43,347 bases of DNA, taken from assembly GCA_947522695.1 (NCBI GenBank), contig CANNTX010000002.1:1-43347 (forward strand), read 5' to 3'. Each line of letters opens with the position of its first letter. Positions within the stretch are counted from its first letter, which is position 1. The notes under the pieces were generated by a model. That model ran no database searches and was not told where the DNA came from. It saw only the letters and a list, made by a program, of their open reading frames with translations. Shown here in pieces: positions 1 to 8,956 of this stretch. This stretch comes from an uncultured Bacilli bacterium (GTDB lineage Bacteria; Bacillota_I; Bacilli_A; RF39; UBA660). The position numbers and the translations under genes were made by a program.

Positions 1-965
1 GCCAAAAACGTAATCATACTATTTTTACGATGATTAATAAAAAATTGTAAATTTTCTAAATTAGAATTAAAATTATCTATTGATTGAGAATTAACCTTCA
101 AACTTTTACTATTATCAAAATTATTAAGTTCATATTCATCTTTAATATAAATATCTTCTAAATTTGCCATATATTTATGATTAATATCAATATTATTAGA
201 TTCTTTATACTCAAGAATTTGGCTTTGTAATTCAAGATAAGATTTCTTAATATTATCAGAATCTATCTTAACAACTATCGGATTATCCAAAATATCATAT
301 AAAGTTGATTCAGATGCTAAATCATTTTCCTTATAAGGCTTAATAGTAACACCACTAATATTTTCAGTAGATAGCTGAGATTCTTCATCAAACTTTTTAA
401 TACTATCAATCTCATCACCAAAAAATTCAATTCTTATTGGTTTATCATAATTATACGGAAACAAATCAATTATAAATCCCCTAACAGAATACTCTCCAGT
501 TGAAGTAACTATACTCGTTTTATTATAACCATATTGAAATAATTTATCTTCTAAATCAGTACGTTTAAAATTATCATTTATTTTAATAACTATATCCTGA
601 TTTACAATATTGTCCTTTTTAGGAACAAACTTTAAAAATCCTTCTAAATTAGTTACAACAATCTTATTATCATCATTATTACTTATTAAAGACAAAGTTT
701 CTAATCTTTTAACCATTAAATCTGGTGAAGAAGTTGTAAGAACCGTAGTTATAAAATCATCCATTGGAAAAAAGTAACTATTTACAAAATAGTTATTAAT
801 TAAATTATAATAATTAGTTGCCTGATATAAAGAATTAGTTACAACTATTACATTTTTCTTAAATTTATCACATAAATATTTAATATATAATCCTTTTAAT
901 TCATCAGTTAATCCTGAAATAGAATTATTATTAAATTCATCAAATATTTTATCTAAAAAATCCAT
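1..965 (-). CDS. mfd: Transcription-repair coupling factor Mfd, N-terminal part (continues past window start)
   Basis: Unterminated minus-strand frame from ATG at 965..963, so absent from the ORF track. My translation is MDFLDKIFDEF...TGEYSVRGFIIDLFPYNYDKPIRIEFFGDEIDSIKKFDEESQ, which matches the UvrB-like N-terminal module of Mfd. It lies directly after pth, as in Bacillus. Confidence 0.85.
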   Translation of the reverse strand, partial: MDFLDKIFDEFNNNSISGLTDELKGLYIKYLCDKFKKNVIVVTNSLYQATNYYNLINNYFVNSYFFPMDDFITTVLTTSSPDLMVKRLETLSLISNNDDNKIVVTNLEGFLKFVPKKDNIVNQDIVIKINDNFKRTDLEDKLFQYGYNKTSIVTSTGEYSVRGFIIDLFPYNYDKPIRIEFFGDEIDSIKKFDEESQLSTENISGVTIKPYKENDLASESTLYDILDNPIVVKIDSDNIKKSYLELQSQILEYKESNNIDINHKYMANLEDIYIKDEYELNNFDNSKSLKVNSQSIDNFNSNLENLQFFINHRKNSMITFL

Positions 966-966
966 T

Positions 967-1500
967 TTAATTATACCTACTTTTTAATTTTTCTACATCA
1001 ACATCATTAATAAAATCATTTATAACACTATTAATCACATTACAAGAATTATTTAAAACTTCCCTTTCCTCCTTAGAAAATTTTCCTAATACATAATCTA
1101 CAATATCTTTACTATTTTTAGAAATACCAACTTTTAATCTTAAAAATTCATTGCTACCAATTTCATTAATAATACTTTTAATCCCATTATGACCACCAGC
1201 AGAACTATTATTTTTTACTCTTATTTTTCCTAAAGGCAAATCAAGATCATCTTGAATAACTAATAAATCCTTTTTATCTATTTTAAAATAATTCATATAA
1301 TATTTAACAGCTTCTCCAGATAAATTCATAAAAGTATTAGGTTTAATATATATAACTGAATTATCTTTATATACATCTGCTTTCTTTTCATGCTTAAAAG
1401 AAACACTATCTAAATAATTATCTAATGCCCAAAAACCAATATTATGTCTAGTATTTTCATATTCCTTACCAGGATTTCCAAGACCAACAATTAATTTCAT
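967..1500 (-). CDS. pth: Peptidyl-tRNA hydrolase
   Basis: MKLIVGLGNPG..Y..TRHNIGF and GGHNG motifs; 177 aa; pth-mfd synteny. Confidence 0.95.
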   Translation of the reverse strand: MKLIVGLGNPGKEYENTRHNIGFWALDNYLDSVSFKHEKKADVYKDNSVIYIKPNTFMNLSGEAVKYYMNYFKIDKKDLLVIQDDLDLPLGKIRVKNNSSAGGHNGIKSIINEIGSNEFLRLKVGISKNSKDIVDYVLGKFSKEEREVLNNSCNVINSVINDFINDVDVEKLKSRYN

Positions 1501-1502
1501 TA

Positions 1503-2189
1503 CTACCTCCTATAATTTTCTGTATAAAGTGGTGCTAATATTTTTAAATCATCTTGACCATTTTTCATCGCTTCAATTAAAATCATTGAAGATAAACTTT
1601 CACTATTATTATAACAACATTGCAATTTCTTAACCCCAAACTTATATTTATCAAATAACTTAAGAAGTTCCATCAATCTATCAGGACGATAAACCATATA
1701 AAGTTTACCTTTATCTCTTAAATATTTATAAGCAAGAGAAACAATATCTTCTAATTTAATAAGTATTTCATGTCTAGCAATTGCTTTAACATTATTATCG
1801 TTTATTTTAGAAGAATCAATCACTTTAAAATAAGGTGGATTGCAAGTAATAATATCAAAATATCCTTCTTCATAATAGTTACCAATATTTTTAATATCAT
1901 CATTAATTAATCTCACATTATTAATACTATTTAATTTTAAAGATTCATCACCAAGTTCGTATATTTCCTTTTGCACTTCAAACGCCACTATATTTTTAAT
2001 TGAATTAGACAAAATAATAGGTATTGGACAATTACCAGTACAAAAATCAAGTAATTTACTATCTGCCATATTAATATTGACAAAATTGGCAAGTAACATC
2101 GAATCTAAAGAAAATTTAAAATAATCAGAATTTTGTACTATTTTATAACCATAATCATATAAATCATTAATTTCTTTCATAATTATCAA
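1503..2189 (-). CDS. yabB: SAM-dependent methyltransferase, YabB/TrmN6-like (tRNA adenine-N6 MTase family)
   Basis: NPPY motif (ITCNPPYF) and a small-MTase fold pattern. It follows yaaT/ricT as yabB does in Bacillus. The start may instead be the ATG at 2180. Confidence 0.65.
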   Translation of the reverse strand: MIIMKEINDLYDYGYKIVQNSDYFKFSLDSMLLANFVNINMADSKLLDFCTGNCPIPIILSNSIKNIVAFEVQKEIYELGDESLKLNSINNVRLINDDIKNIGNYYEEGYFDIITCNPPYFKVIDSSKINDNNVKAIARHEILIKLEDIVSLAYKYLRDKGKLYMVYRPDRLMELLKLFDKYKFGVKKLQCCYNNSESLSSMILIEAMKNGQDDLKILAPLYTENYRR

Positions 2190-2943
2190 CTACAATTTCT
2201 TTTAATTCACCATCAACATTAATTACATAAGACATTTTTAAAACATTAACAGTTAAAACTTTATATTTTTTTCCTTCATAAATAACTTCACTACCAATTT
2301 TAGGAAGCAAACTTCTATAATAACTGTAATTTTCATCTTCATATGCTAAACAACACAACAATCTTCCACAAGCACCATTTATTTTAGAAGGATTTAAAGC
2401 AATATTTTGATTCTTAGCCATATTAATTCCAACTGCTTCAAGTTCATTTAAAAAACTACCACAACATAAAGGTCTACCACAAGGACCTAAACCAGATATT
2501 TTTCTAGCCTTATCTCTGATACCAATTTGATGTAATTCAATTCTAGTTTTATATTTACCAGCAAGTATTTTAACTAATTCCCTAAAATCAATTCTTTCAT
2601 CAGAAACAAAGTTAATTAATAATTGAGTACGATCAAAATTAAAACTAGAATCTATAAATTGCATTTTTAATCCTAAATTTTTAGCCGAACCTTTAGCAAT
2701 TTCAAGTGCTTCTTTAGCATCAGCCAAATTCATTAAATATATATCATAATCTTTTTTACTAGCAACTCTAATAATATTTTTTAAATCATTATTATTTGCT
2801 TCATTAGAAAGATTAAATACCTTTCCAAATAAAGTACCATTGTCAGACTGAACAATAACATAATCATCCTTTTTTAATTCAATTCCATTTGAATCAAAAT
2901 AAACACACTTATCAGTATCTTTAAATTTTACACCAACAACCAT
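2167..2943 (-). CDS. ricT: PSP1-domain protein RicT/YaaT (stage 0 sporulation / RNase Y regulator family)
   Basis: Conserved Cys clusters CGRPLCC and CGRLLCCL; 258 aa; position after holB. Confidence 0.85.
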   Translation of the reverse strand: MVVGVKFKDTDKCVYFDSNGIELKKDDYVIVQSDNGTLFGKVFNLSNEANNNDLKNIIRVASKKDYDIYLMNLADAKEALEIAKGSAKNLGLKMQFIDSSFNFDRTQLLINFVSDERIDFRELVKILAGKYKTRIELHQIGIRDKARKISGLGPCGRPLCCGSFLNELEAVGINMAKNQNIALNPSKINGACGRLLCCLAYEDENYSYYRSLLPKIGSEVIYEGKKYKVLTVNVLKMSYVINVDGELKEIVVDNYERN

Positions 2944-2969
2944 TTTTTCGCTCCTCTCAAAATAAAAAT

Positions 2970-3683
2970 TTATTCTAAACTCTCAAAATATAGTTTATCA
3001 AGTGCCAAATCAATATTAACATTATATCTTAAATTATTTAAAAAATCATTTACCTTCAAATAAAAAATATCATTTTCACTATCCAAATACGCTAAATATT
3101 TTATAAACAAGTTATTAATTATCACTTTATCTAATTTTGACACTACAACTTTAAATTTTATATAATCTTCAAAATTAAAATTTTTAAATTTACATAAATT
3201 ATTAAAAATATCTTCATCTACTAACACATTATTTACATCAATATCATTTTTTAAAACTTGACATCTACTTATTAAAGTTGGCAATAACTCATTTGAATTA
3301 TCACTAATTAAAAATCCAACAACTTTCTCATTAGGTTCCTCTAAAACTTTTAATAATTTATTAACGGATTGTTCATTCATTAAACCAGCATTCAAAATAA
3401 AAAATAATTTATAATACCCATCAAAAGACATTGTAGATAAAAATTCCTGTAAATTTAAAATTTGATCTTTATCAATTAAATTATCAATAGGTCTTAAAAT
3501 TCTAACTGAAATATTATTCTCAATATCATCAATATTAAATATCATTTTCTTTTCTAAAAACAATTTAAAAACACTATTCATAACATCTTCATAATTATTT
3601 GATTCAACTAAAAAAGCATGAGAAAGTTTATTCTCATCTATTACATTTGATAAATATTTTATGTTTTCTTCCTTCATACTCAA
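2970..3683 (-). CDS. holB: DNA polymerase III delta-prime subunit (short form)
   Basis: LSHAFL, LLKVLEEP and LISRCQ clamp-loader motifs; holB-yaaT synteny. Confidence 0.75.
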   Translation of the reverse strand: MSMKEENIKYLSNVIDENKLSHAFLVESNNYEDVMNSVFKLFLEKKMIFNIDDIENNISVRILRPIDNLIDKDQILNLQEFLSTMSFDGYYKLFFILNAGLMNEQSVNKLLKVLEEPNEKVVGFLISDNSNELLPTLISRCQVLKNDIDVNNVLVDEDIFNNLCKFKNFNFEDYIKFKVVVSKLDKVIINNLFIKYLAYLDSENDIFYLKVNDFLNNLRYNVNIDLALDKLYFESLE

Positions 3684-3686
3684 AAT

Positions 3687-3875
3687 CTACATTAAAAGTA
3701 GAAAAGATAAAGCAATCATAATTAAGCCCGGATATCCTAAACAAAATACCACCAAGACAGTAATCAAATTAATTGGTACAACAACATTAAAACCACTAAG
3801 AATTATGTCAAAACTATAAATCATCAAAAATGAATAACAAATTTTTTTCAGTAATTTTAATAACATGTTTATCAC
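3687..3875 (-). CDS. bofA: BofA-family small membrane protein (pro-sigma-K processing inhibitor family)
   Basis: 62 aa with two TM segments. VVPINLITVLVVFCLGYPGLIMIAL resembles B. subtilis BofA HVPINLVTTAISGILGIPGIAALV (recalled from memory). It sits after recR, as in Bacillus. Confidence 0.6.
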   Translation of the reverse strand: MINMLLKLLKKICYSFLMIYSFDIILSGFNVVVPINLITVLVVFCLGYPGLIMIALSFLLLM

Positions 3876-3902
3876 AATAAATTATATTATTCTTATTTAA
3901 AT

Positions 3903-4499
3903 TTATGCAATATTTTTTCTATCTTCAAATGCCCTTTCTAATGTTAATGAATCCAAATAATCAAGTTCAGTACCAACTGGTAAACCATAAGATAATCTTG
4001 AAATTTTGGTATTCATTTTTTCTAGTAATTTTTTAATATATTGTGTTGTAGTCTCACCCTCAATTGTAGGCTTTAATGCAATCACAAGTTCAACATCATC
4101 ATTATCACAACGTTCAATTAAACTATCAATATTAAGTTCATCTGGTCCAATCCCATCAATAGGAGAAATTAACCCACCTAAGACATGATATACTCCTTGA
4201 TACTTTCCCATCTTTTCAAAAGCAAATATACTTTTAAAATCTTCAACAACACATATTAAATTCTTATTTCTATAATCATTATCACAAACTGAGCATATAT
4301 CACCAGAAGTTATATTTCCACATATACGACAAGGATGTAAATTTTTTTTGCCATCCATTATACATTTTGTAAATAAATTTATATCATCGTCAGAAAAATC
4401 CAGTAAAGAAATTGCAAGTCTTTCAGCAGACTTTTCACCAATTCCTGGTAACTTTTTAAAATACTCAATTAATTCTTCTAGTTCCTTAGGATAAATCAT
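3903..4499 (-). CDS. recR: Recombination protein RecR
   Basis: LPGIG HhH motif, C4 zinc finger (CRICGN...CSVC) and Toprim segment. Confidence 0.95.
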   Translation of the reverse strand: MIYPKELEELIEYFKKLPGIGEKSAERLAISLLDFSDDDINLFTKCIMDGKKNLHPCRICGNITSGDICSVCDNDYRNKNLICVVEDFKSIFAFEKMGKYQGVYHVLGGLISPIDGIGPDELNIDSLIERCDNDDVELVIALKPTIEGETTTQYIKKLLEKMNTKISRLSYGLPVGTELDYLDSLTLERAFEDRKNIA

Positions 4500-4819
4500 T
4501 ACATCAAACCATTTAAACCTTTAGCATAAGCACCAAGTTTAACTTCTACGTCCTTATCAATTTTAGAAACTGCTTCATTATGAGCAATTTTAATCATATC
4601 TTGTAAAGCATCAATATCTTCAGCATCAGTTAATGATGGAGTATCTATTTTTATAGAAACCATTTCTTTCTTACCACTTAATACAACAGTAACAAAACCA
4701 GATTTACCTTCATAATTTGTTTTAAAAATTTCTTCTTGTTTTTCAGTTATAACTCTTTGCATCTTTTGTGCTTCTTGCATTAATTTTTGCATATTCATAA
4801 TATCATTCCTCTTTCTCAT
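4499..4819 (-). CDS. ebfC: YbaB/EbfC-family nucleoid-associated protein
   Basis: NMQKLMQEAQKMQ N-terminus. Lies between dnaX and recR. ATGA overlap with the dnaX stop. Alternative start at 4798. Confidence 0.9.
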   Translation of the reverse strand: MRKRNDIMNMQKLMQEAQKMQRVITEKQEEIFKTNYEGKSGFVTVVLSGKKEMVSIKIDTPSLTDAEDIDALQDMIKIAHNEAVSKIDKDVEVKLGAYAKGLNGLM

Positions 4820-6522
4820 TTAACTTCTAATAGCGAATCACCAAACAAATCATTTGCAATTGATACTGATAAATTCGCATCTTCTTCATTAATTATATCA
4901 TCTTTTTCTTCTATATATACAAAATTATTTTGTTTATTTTTAAGTAATTCCATATATCTATTTTTTTCGATATTCCAATCATTAAGTGTTAAACAAATAA
5001 AACTTTTTTTATTTTTACATGCTTTATTAAAAGCATTTTCAATCAAATCTAAGCTTTCATTAAATAATAAAACCGTCGATTGGGACTTATTAGCAAAAAT
5101 AACATTTGTTGGTGAAACAACTTCAATACTTACATTTTCAATCAAATTTAATAAATCATGATTATTTTCAAATTCAATATCGTTTAAAAATTTATCCCAT
5201 AATTCAGTAAATTCTTTTTTACAATCACGACTAGCATTAACATAAGAATTATTTATTCTAATTTTAATAAATTCGTCATTTATTTTCTTTTTAGTACTAC
5301 CAGCATTTATAACAACATTTGAAGTATCTTCTTTATTATCTAAAATATTGCTAACCTCAACTTTTGTTTTCTCTTTAACAATACTATTTTGTTCTAAATT
5401 ATTTACTACTTTGTCAATTAATAAATTGTCACCTTTATTGATATTTTTGTCAAATATCTCATTATCACTTGACTTCTCGATAATTTTTATTTTGTCACAA
5501 TTATCAACTTTACATTTTTGATAATAACTAAACAAGATAATTTTAATTAAATCTAAAGAATTCTTTTTACCAAAAACATTTGATAAATCAAAAGCCATAT
5601 TTTTTAAATCACTTACAGCAATTGGATAATTCATACCATTAACAATCTTCATTTCTAAATCAAAAATATAAGCAATAATTTTATTTACAAATAAATTAAT
5701 ATTTAATCCCTTATCACCATATTCATTAAATATAGCGTTAACATCATCATAACAAGCATCATTTAATAATTCAAAAATATTCTCTACATCCTTTGATCCA
5801 ACAAAACCAAAAGTATCACCAATAAGTTTATCATCAATTAAAATATTCTCTTTAGATAATTGATCAAGCATACTTAAAGCATCTCTCATTGCCCCATCAG
5901 CAAGTTCAGCAATCAAATTAGCAGCAGAATCAGTAATTTCAATATTTTCTAATTTAGAAATTCTTAATATATTACTTACAATAATATCAGGAGTCAATTT
6001 CTTAAATGAAAAACGTTGACATCTTGACAAAATAGTAAGAGGAATCTTTTGCAATTCAGTTGTAGCCAAAATAAATATAACATGACTAGGCGGTTCTTCT
6101 AATGTTTTTAAAAAAGCATTCCAAGCACTACCAGATAACATATGAACTTCATCAATAATATAAATCTTATATTTTGAAAAAGTTGGCAGAATTTTAGCAC
6201 TATCACGTAAATTTCTTATTTCATCAACACCATTATTACTAGCAGCATCTATTTCAATTATATCAGGAGATTCACTAAAATTTAAACAACTATTACACTT
6301 ATTACAAGGATTACCATCCACATTATTTTCACAATTAATTGCTTTAGCAAATATTTTAGCAGTACTTGTTTTACCAGTACCTCTAGGACCATGAAACAAA
6401 TAAGCATGTGATACTTTATTTAAAACAATTGATTCTGAAAGTAACTTTTTAATAGCTTCTTGCCCATATAAATTTTCAAAAGAATCAGGTCGATATTTTC
6501 TATATAAAACCTTGTATGCCAT
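4816..6522 (-). CDS. dnaX: DNA polymerase III subunit gamma/tau
   Basis: YRKYRP, GPRGTGKTS, Zn module CNKCNSC, IIDEVHML, SRCQRF. I prefer the ATG at 6522, which is preceded by AGGTGGTG. The ORF track extends to the GTG at 6534. Confidence 0.9.
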   Translation of the reverse strand: MAYKVLYRKYRPDSFENLYGQEAIKKLLSESIVLNKVSHAYLFHGPRGTGKTSTAKIFAKAINCENNVDGNPCNKCNSCLNFSESPDIIEIDAASNNGVDEIRNLRDSAKILPTFSKYKIYIIDEVHMLSGSAWNAFLKTLEEPPSHVIFILATTELQKIPLTILSRCQRFSFKKLTPDIIVSNILRISKLENIEITDSAANLIAELADGAMRDALSMLDQLSKENILIDDKLIGDTFGFVGSKDVENIFELLNDACYDDVNAIFNEYGDKGLNINLFVNKIIAYIFDLEMKIVNGMNYPIAVSDLKNMAFDLSNVFGKKNSLDLIKIILFSYYQKCKVDNCDKIKIIEKSSDNEIFDKNINKGDNLLIDKVVNNLEQNSIVKEKTKVEVSNILDNKEDTSNVVINAGSTKKKINDEFIKIRINNSYVNASRDCKKEFTELWDKFLNDIEFENNHDLLNLIENVSIEVVSPTNVIFANKSQSTVLLFNESLDLIENAFNKACKNKKSFICLTLNDWNIEKNRYMELLKNKQNNFVYIEEKDDIINEEDANLSVSIANDLFGDSLLEVK

Positions 6523-6553
6523 CAGCACCACCACCTACTAGTAATTATACCAT

Positions 6554-6985
6554 TTATCTCTTATTTTTCCAAAACAAATCACTTATTTTTTTATATTCAT
6601 TTTCAAGAATATTATTATCAATTTTATAAAAATTTGTTTTCGAATACATCTTCTTATCAGAACTTTTTTCAAATAAGTAATACACATTACTTATTCTACT
6701 TTCGCGAATAAATAACTTACACATTTCACAAGGCTCAATTGTAACATACAGCGAACATTTGTTTAATCTCCATTCATTTATTTTTTTTGAATACTTTGAA
6801 ATAGCAATAATCTCTGCATGATCAAATACACAATTACTTTTATGACGTTTATTATACGCATATGAAACAATTTTACCATCAGAAACTAAAACTGCAGCAA
6901 CTGGTACCTCATTATGTTTAATAGCTTTATTAGATAACTTTATTAATAATTTATATACATCATCCATCATAATTAAATTCTCCAT
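6554..6985 (-). CDS. tadA: tRNA-specific adenosine deaminase
   Basis: CDA zinc motifs HAEIIAI and PCEMC; 143 aa; adjacent to the SRP RNA and dnaX. Confidence 0.9.
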   Translation of the reverse strand: MENLIMMDDVYKLLIKLSNKAIKHNEVPVAAVLVSDGKIVSYAYNKRHKSNCVFDHAEIIAISKYSKKINEWRLNKCSLYVTIEPCEMCKLFIRESRISNVYYLFEKSSDKKMYSKTNFYKIDNNILENEYKKISDLFWKNKR

Positions 6986-6999
6986 TTCAAATAAAAAAA

Positions 7000-7070
7000 G
7001 TGCACATGCGTAGAGGTAAGTATGGCTGCTTTATTCCTAATCTGACCAAGTTATTACATACACATTGCAC
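7000..7070 (-). ncRNA. ffs: Signal recognition particle RNA, minimal (4.5S-like) form, ~71 nt
   Basis: The minus-strand RNA is GUGCAAUGUGUAUGUAAUAACUUGGUCAGAUUAGGAAUAAAGCAGCCAUACUUACCUCUACGCAUGUGCAC followed by U7. It contains the conserved domain IV GGUCAGA-UUA-GGAA-UAA-AGCAGCC (compare E. coli GGUCAGGUCCGGAAGGAAGCAGCC). The 5' and 3' ends pair (GUGCA/UGCAC), and the promoter places +1 at about 7070. Confidence 0.85.
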
Positions 7071-7076
7071 AAATAT

Positions 7077-7105
7077 AATATACCACAACAATTAAGAGAT
7101 AACAA
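7077..7105 (-). promoter_or_regulatory. Sigma-A type promoter of the SRP RNA
   Basis: On the minus strand: TTGTTA, a 17-nt spacer, then TGG-TATATT (extended -10). The RNA 5' G lies 6 nt downstream. Confidence 0.6.
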
Positions 7106-7113
7106 GAAAATAA

Positions 7114-7122
7114 TGTGGAAAA
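7114..7122 (-). promoter_or_regulatory. DnaA box (TTTTCCACA) at the left edge of the palindrome array
   Basis: tgtggaaaa on the plus strand. The same 15-mer context, aatgtggaaaacttt, recurs at 9042..9056. Confidence 0.5.
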
Positions 7123-7222
7123 CTTTTAAAATATCTAAAATAATAATAAAATATTATATTAATTACACGAAAATAAATATATAAAATCATAATTTTATAG
7201 TAAATATTATAAAAATTATATA

Positions 7223-7238
7223 TATTTCATATGAAACA
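7223..7238. promoter_or_regulatory. Decayed parS-like site TATTTCATATGAAACA (3 mismatches)
   Basis: Occupies the position of a parS in the first copy of the repeat unit. Confidence 0.3.
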
Positions 7239-7384
7239 TAACAAAAGAATTTATAAATGATATTACATAGATACAAATAATATATAAAAAATTAATTATT
7301 CATTATATGTAAAACATTTTAAAGTTATAAAATTATTAAAAAGTATCAAATTAATTATCTTAATCAAAAGAAAATCAAACAAAT

Positions 7385-7400
7385 TATTTCCCGGGAAATA
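7385..7400. promoter_or_regulatory. Noc-binding-site palindrome TATTTCCCGGGAAATA
   Basis: Contains the 14-bp NBS ATTTCCCGGGAAAT. Embedded in the 24-bp perfect palindrome AAATTATTTCCCGGGAAATAATTT (7381..7404). Confidence 0.8.
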
Positions 7401-7432
7401 ATTTAACAATAAAAACTATAAAAAAACGTATA

Positions 7433-7448
7433 TGTTTCACGTGAAACA
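7433..7448. promoter_or_regulatory. parS, perfect TGTTTCACGTGAAACA
   Basis: Exact symmetric form of the Firmicute parS consensus TGTTNCACGTGAAACA. The palindrome extends to 20 bp (7431..7450). Confidence 0.85.
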
Positions 7449-7567
7449 TATATAGAAAAAATAATGTTAATAACTTTAAGAATATAAACAAAAATATATA
7501 TTAAAAAATAGTATAAGTAATATTTAATAATTATAAATAACAAATCAATCAAAAAATTCAAAAAATA

Positions 7568-7583
7568 TGTTTCACTTGAAACA
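7568..7583. promoter_or_regulatory. parS-like TGTTTCACTTGAAACA (1 central mismatch)
   Basis: One substitution, G to T, at position 9. Confidence 0.55.
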
Positions 7584-7768
7584 TTAAAAAATGCATATAA
7601 ATAATTATTAAAAAATATTAAAAAATGATAAATATTAAAATAAATAGAAATAATTAATCTATATATAAAAAGTAAATTAATATATTATTATATAGTAAAT
7701 AGTATAATAAAGTTGTTAAATAAAGTTCTATTAATAAAGGAAATCCATTGATAGATCTAAAAATATAA

Positions 7769-7784
7769 AGTTTCACGTGAAACA
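7769..7784. promoter_or_regulatory. parS AGTTTCACGTGAAACA (1 outer mismatch)
   Basis: The 14-bp core GTTTCACGTGAAAC is perfect. Confidence 0.75.
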
Positions 7785-7899
7785 TAACAAAAGAATCTAT
7801 AAATGATAATACATAGATACAAATAATATATAAAAATTATAATGTTATATTTTATTTAAAAATTCAAAAAGTATTTAATCAAGTCAACATCAAACAAAT

Positions 7900-7915
7900 T
7901 ATTTCCCGGGAAATA
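7900..7915. promoter_or_regulatory. Noc-binding-site palindrome TATTTCCCGGGAAATA
   Basis: Same 24-bp palindrome as at 7381; here 7896..7919. Confidence 0.8.
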
Positions 7916-7969
7916 ATTTCACTAAATAAATATAATAAATTACATTATATTAAAAACAATAATCATTGA

Positions 7970-7985
7970 TGTTTCACGTGAAACA
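7970..7985. promoter_or_regulatory. parS, perfect TGTTTCACGTGAAACA
   Basis: Exact 16-mer. Confidence 0.85.
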
Positions 7986-8105
7986 TATATAAAAAATAAA
8001 GATAAAGTTAATAACTTTAGAAATATTAACAAAATTGTATATAAAATAATATAAGTTGTATTTAATTGATATAAATAACAAATCAACAAATAAAAATAAA
8101 TGTTA

Positions 8106-8121
8106 TGTTTCACGTGAAACA
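8106..8121. promoter_or_regulatory. parS, perfect TGTTTCACGTGAAACA
   Basis: Exact 16-mer; extended palindrome TATGTTTCACGTGAAACATA. Confidence 0.85.
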
Positions 8122-8246
8122 TAACAAGAACATATATAAACAAATTATTTTATCAGTATAAATTGTTATTAAATTAACTTAAGAAAATAATATATTATAA
8201 ACAAATTTAACTAGCTGAATCATAAAAAATAAATACAATACCCATA

Positions 8247-8262
8247 AGTTTCACATGAAACA
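8247..8262. promoter_or_regulatory. parS-like AGTTTCACATGAAACA (2 mismatches)
   Basis: Mismatches at the outer position and at central position 9. Confidence 0.4.
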
Positions 8263-8447
8263 TCACAAAAAACATATAATTAATGATACAAAAGAATTAA
8301 AAAATAAATAAATATTAAAATAAAAAAAATAATCTATAATTTAAAAATTAATATATAGTAAATAAAAGTATAAAGATATTTAATTAAATAAAAATAAATA
8401 ATTTTTTATAAATAATATATAAAAAAAATTATAAATAAATTAATAAA

Positions 8448-8463
8448 TGTTTCACGTGAAACT
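8448..8463. promoter_or_regulatory. parS TGTTTCACGTGAAACT (1 outer mismatch)
   Basis: The 14-bp core is perfect. Confidence 0.75.
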
Positions 8464-8583
8464 TATATACAAATTAAAAAATAATAATTTACTAAAATTA
8501 TATGTATTTAAAATAAATATAATTTTAGTAAATAAAAGTACTATTAATAAAGAAATAACATTAATAGATCTAAACAATAAAAA

Positions 8584-8599
8584 TGTTTCACGTGAAACA
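8584..8599. promoter_or_regulatory. parS, perfect TGTTTCACGTGAAACA
   Basis: Exact 16-mer. Confidence 0.85.
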
Positions 8600-8739
8600 T
8601 AACAATAGAATTTATAGTTAGTATTTCAAAAACACAAATAATATATAATTAATTATTCATTATATAAAAAAATTATAATGTAATATTTTATTAAAAAGTA
8701 TAAAATTAAGTGTCTTAATCAAAGCAAAATCGAACAAAT

Positions 8740-8755
8740 TATTTCCCGGGAAATA
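8740..8755. promoter_or_regulatory. Noc-binding-site palindrome TATTTCCCGGGAAATA
   Basis: Same 24-bp palindrome; here 8736..8759. Confidence 0.8.
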
Positions 8756-8788
8756 ATTTTTGCAATAAATACTATAAAAAGACGTAAA

Positions 8789-8804
8789 TGTTTCACGTGA
8801 AACT
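8789..8804. promoter_or_regulatory. parS TGTTTCACGTGAAACT (1 outer mismatch)
   Basis: The 14-bp core is perfect. Confidence 0.75.
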
Positions 8805-8840
8805 TAATAAGTATATTTATTAATGAATATCTATAACACA

Positions 8841-8856
8841 ATTTTCACATAAAACA
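8841..8856. promoter_or_regulatory. Decayed parS relic ATTTTCACATAAAACA (4 mismatches)
   Basis: Weak resemblance only; probably non-functional. Confidence 0.2.
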
Positions 8857-8956
8857 TAAATGAATAAAAATAATGTTAATAACTTTTGAAAAAGATAATA
8901 AAAAATCAAAAAATTATTAAGTTAAGAAGAAATCAATATCAAATTATTAAAAAAAA

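Noticed and set aside
4996-5012. Possible programmed frameshift site (A AAA AAA G run) in dnaX, by analogy with E. coli gamma/tau
   Set aside because: The run lies about 50 codons from the C-terminus, so a shift would not generate a gamma-like product. No downstream stimulatory hairpin was seen, and frameshifting of dnaX is not a Firmicute feature.
7940-8143. 67-aa ORF from the track, lying inside the palindrome array
   Set aside because: It spans two parS palindromes and repeat spacers. It has no SD, and its composition (Ile/Leu/Tyr/Phe from AT-rich DNA) is what random AT-rich sequence yields. Its reading frame is not preserved in the other repeat copies.
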